DNA of 63,981 nucleotides, counting the filler, from Octopus bimaculoides (taxonomy: Eukaryota): assembly GCF_001194135.2 (NCBI RefSeq). It is 5 parts of 5 records of this genome, joined end to end, with 100 filler letters (N's around TTAATTAATTAA, not from the genome) between each part and the next. Parts side by side here need not be neighbours in the genome. Positions count along the whole stretch, not along the records: positions 56,480 to 62,880 come from NC_068988.1; positions 62,981 to 63,981 come from NW_026322138.1; 3 more parts are not named here. One strand, 5' to 3'. Shown one piece after another: positions 61,922 through 63,981 of this stretch (position 1 is the first letter of the stretch; every line of letters begins with the position of its first letter). Position numbers and translations under genes: made by a program. Under the pieces are notes generated by a model. It was given only the letters and a program-made list of their open reading frames with translations. It was not told the origin of the DNA and did not search any database.

Positions 61922-62790
61922 ACAGTGCAGTGAATAAATTGTCGTCTAAATTACGCAAAAATGAAAACAAAACTCACATCTCATTTTAACAGATATATTT
62001 ACCAAAATCACATAAAAATATCTTGAAATTCTAAAGAGTAAATTTATTCAATAAAATCGCCACAAGCTTCAACCACAGCCTCCAGACGACTGCAACTCTT
62101 CTGGGCGTTTTCCTTGTTTAAGTTGGTGAATGCTCCATAATCCTTGCCTTCAGTTCATCTTTGGTGTTACAAGGAGTTTTGATGGTCTCTCGCTCAACTG
62201 CGCCCCACACATAATCAAGGGGGTTACAGTCTGGGAAGTTAGGTGGCCAGATGTTAGGGGTGATGTGGTCTCAGAAATTGTCTGACAGCCATGACTGGGT
62301 TCTCCTGCTTGTGTGGCATGGTGCACAGTCCTGTTGCCAGACAGAGGATCTTTCAGCAGCCACCCTCTTGACCCAGGACAGCACTACCTCCTCCAGGCAC
62401 TTGATGTACGCCTCCGTGTTGAGTCTGAGGTCGTGTGAGAAGATGAATGGAGGCATAACGTCGCCATGACTAGTGATCACTCCAAATACCATGGTGTTGA
62501 CGCGATGTTTGATTTTTATCACTCTCGGTACATGTCCTCAGATTGCACTCTCCTCAGATTGACACCCAAACATTCTGAAATGCTCGCGCTGGAGCTTCCG
62601 GTGCAAATGCCAAACAGTACAGCTTATCGTTTCCAAATTTCTGGCAGAGTGAATTGCGCCATAGTGGTGTTTTTCTCACAAACGGTGCCCAACTAACCCT
62701 ACTATACTGTGTAGTCGACAAAATCAAAAACATTGTGCATACGCGAAATTAAAAAGATAAAATGACGAAAAATTTACCCATCGCACCATG
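61922..62790 (-). mobile_element. Internally deleted Tc1/mariner DD37D (maT-type) transposon
   Basis: Minus strand: N-terminus from ATG 62662 (MAQFTLPEIWKR*), deletion, then MVFGVITS...WQQDCAPCH...WPPNFPDCNPLDYVW...GDFIE* (62044-62046); exactly 37 codons between the second and third catalytic D; imperfect TIRs; TA at 62791. Confidence 0.88.
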
Positions 62791-62835
62791 TATATGTGTG
62801 TGTGTGTATTACGTATGTACATATATGTGTGTTGC

Positions 62836-62868
<33 letters not shown>

Positions 62869-62880
62869 AACACATATATA

Positions 62881-62980
62881 NNNNNNNNNNNNNNNNNNNN
62901 NNNNNNNNNNNNNNNNNNNNNNNNTTAATTAATTAANNNNNNNNNNNNNNNNNNNNNNNNNNNNNNNNNNNNNNNNNNNN
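62881..62980. other. Synthetic scaffold-join linker
   Basis: 44 N + TTAATTAATTAA (62925-62936) + 44 N. Confidence 0.95.
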
Positions 62981-63602
62981 TAACCAATTCCGATGTTTAA
63001 CAGTAGACGCGTTTCTGGATCATGATTGATCCAATTTTTTTCTCCACATCATCCCTTCATAACACTGAAACTGAAAGACTACATTTTTATAGCCGATTTT
63101 CAGATTCTTTGCTTCCTTTTAAAAAATGCATATTTTGTGATGGAAAAAACTAGATCCAAAACTGGATATAAATCTCTATTCTCTTTATTATAGATTCAAT
63201 ATTTTCTCTACCTTAAACATGCAGTCTCTATAGAGACATATGGATCTACCGATGTGAAGATAGACTGAGGTTAGTAAATCAAAGCTAACTAGAGTTTTTT
63301 ATACACTCACTGAGGTTAGCCAGCATCAATAACTGGTAAATGTGACTATGGTACCCACTTGGATTTTATATCTCTACCAACCAAAATTTGGTTTTATCAT
63401 GCCAGCATGGAAGGCAGACGTTAAACGATATTGATATGTATATATATATAAATATATATACATAAATATATATATATTATTATTATTATTATTAATAAAT
63501 TTCAGGGTGGCAAAAAAAGTTTAGAAATTCTTTTTGTTACCAGTGGTCTAGCGAGAAGAAAAAACTAGTCAATAGACTATACACTATTCATATAAATACA
63601 TA

Positions 63603-63981
63603 CAGTGTGCATTTAAACACATAAAGAGATGTCCATAATAGGACATCTAACCCGCAAGAAGGAGCAGTCAAACTTCAAACCACAATTAGGGATAATTTCG
63701 AAAGGGAATGAAAAATAAAAACATTTACCATCTATTTCCTGTACCATGATTTCAAACTATTTTCAGCAAAATAAAATAATTTGCTAGGCCAGCTATCATC
63801 AGCAGGAAAGCTAAGATTAGCATATAAACATGAAGCAATACAGAGAACATGCCTTGTGCTTATATGTTATAATTTTTCATTCCTTCCGAAATTATCCCTA
63901 TTTGTGGTTTGGAGTTTGACTGCTCCTTCTTGCGGGTTAGATGTCCTATTATGGACATCTCTGATGTGTTTAAATGTACAC
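63603..63981. mobile_element. Foldback MITE with a Tc1-like TA|CAGTG start, cut by the window end
   Basis: 63605-63716 is the reverse complement of 63872-63981 with few mismatches. Confidence 0.85.

Overview
Eukaryotic, AT-rich, extremely repeat-dense animal DNA. The SINE families, microsatellite load and intron sizes suggest a coleoid cephalopod, probably Octopus (inference from recalled repeat families, not a database match). Four identical synthetic linkers (44 N + TTAATTAATTAA + 44 N) split the window into five blocks: 1-16993, 17094-39989, 40090-56379, 56480-62880 and 62981-63981. Only one host gene is supported: the 5' half of an SLC16/monocarboxylate-transporter-family MFS gene on the + strand. 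Its coding exons are 25201-25471, 36668-36811 and 38000-39154, all joined at phase-1 GT-AG junctions, and encode TM1-6 plus a very long cytoplasmic loop. I did not find its TM7-12 exons in the window. The rest is tRNA-headed SINEs (informal families A-E), LINE relics (Tx1/L1-like, RTE, HERO/NeSL-like and an unassigned EN+RT relic), DNA transposon relics (DD37D maT, mariner, hAT MITEs with 8-bp TSDs), foldback elements and microsatellites. I found no convincing novel multi-gene system. The best leads are: a SINE whose 3' tail matches a Tx1-like LINE in the same window; an in-frame alternative 5' splice site in the transporter loop; a CpG-decay domain confined to the gene-bearing block; and long intronic hairpins that could be ADAR substrates. 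All alignments were done by eye.
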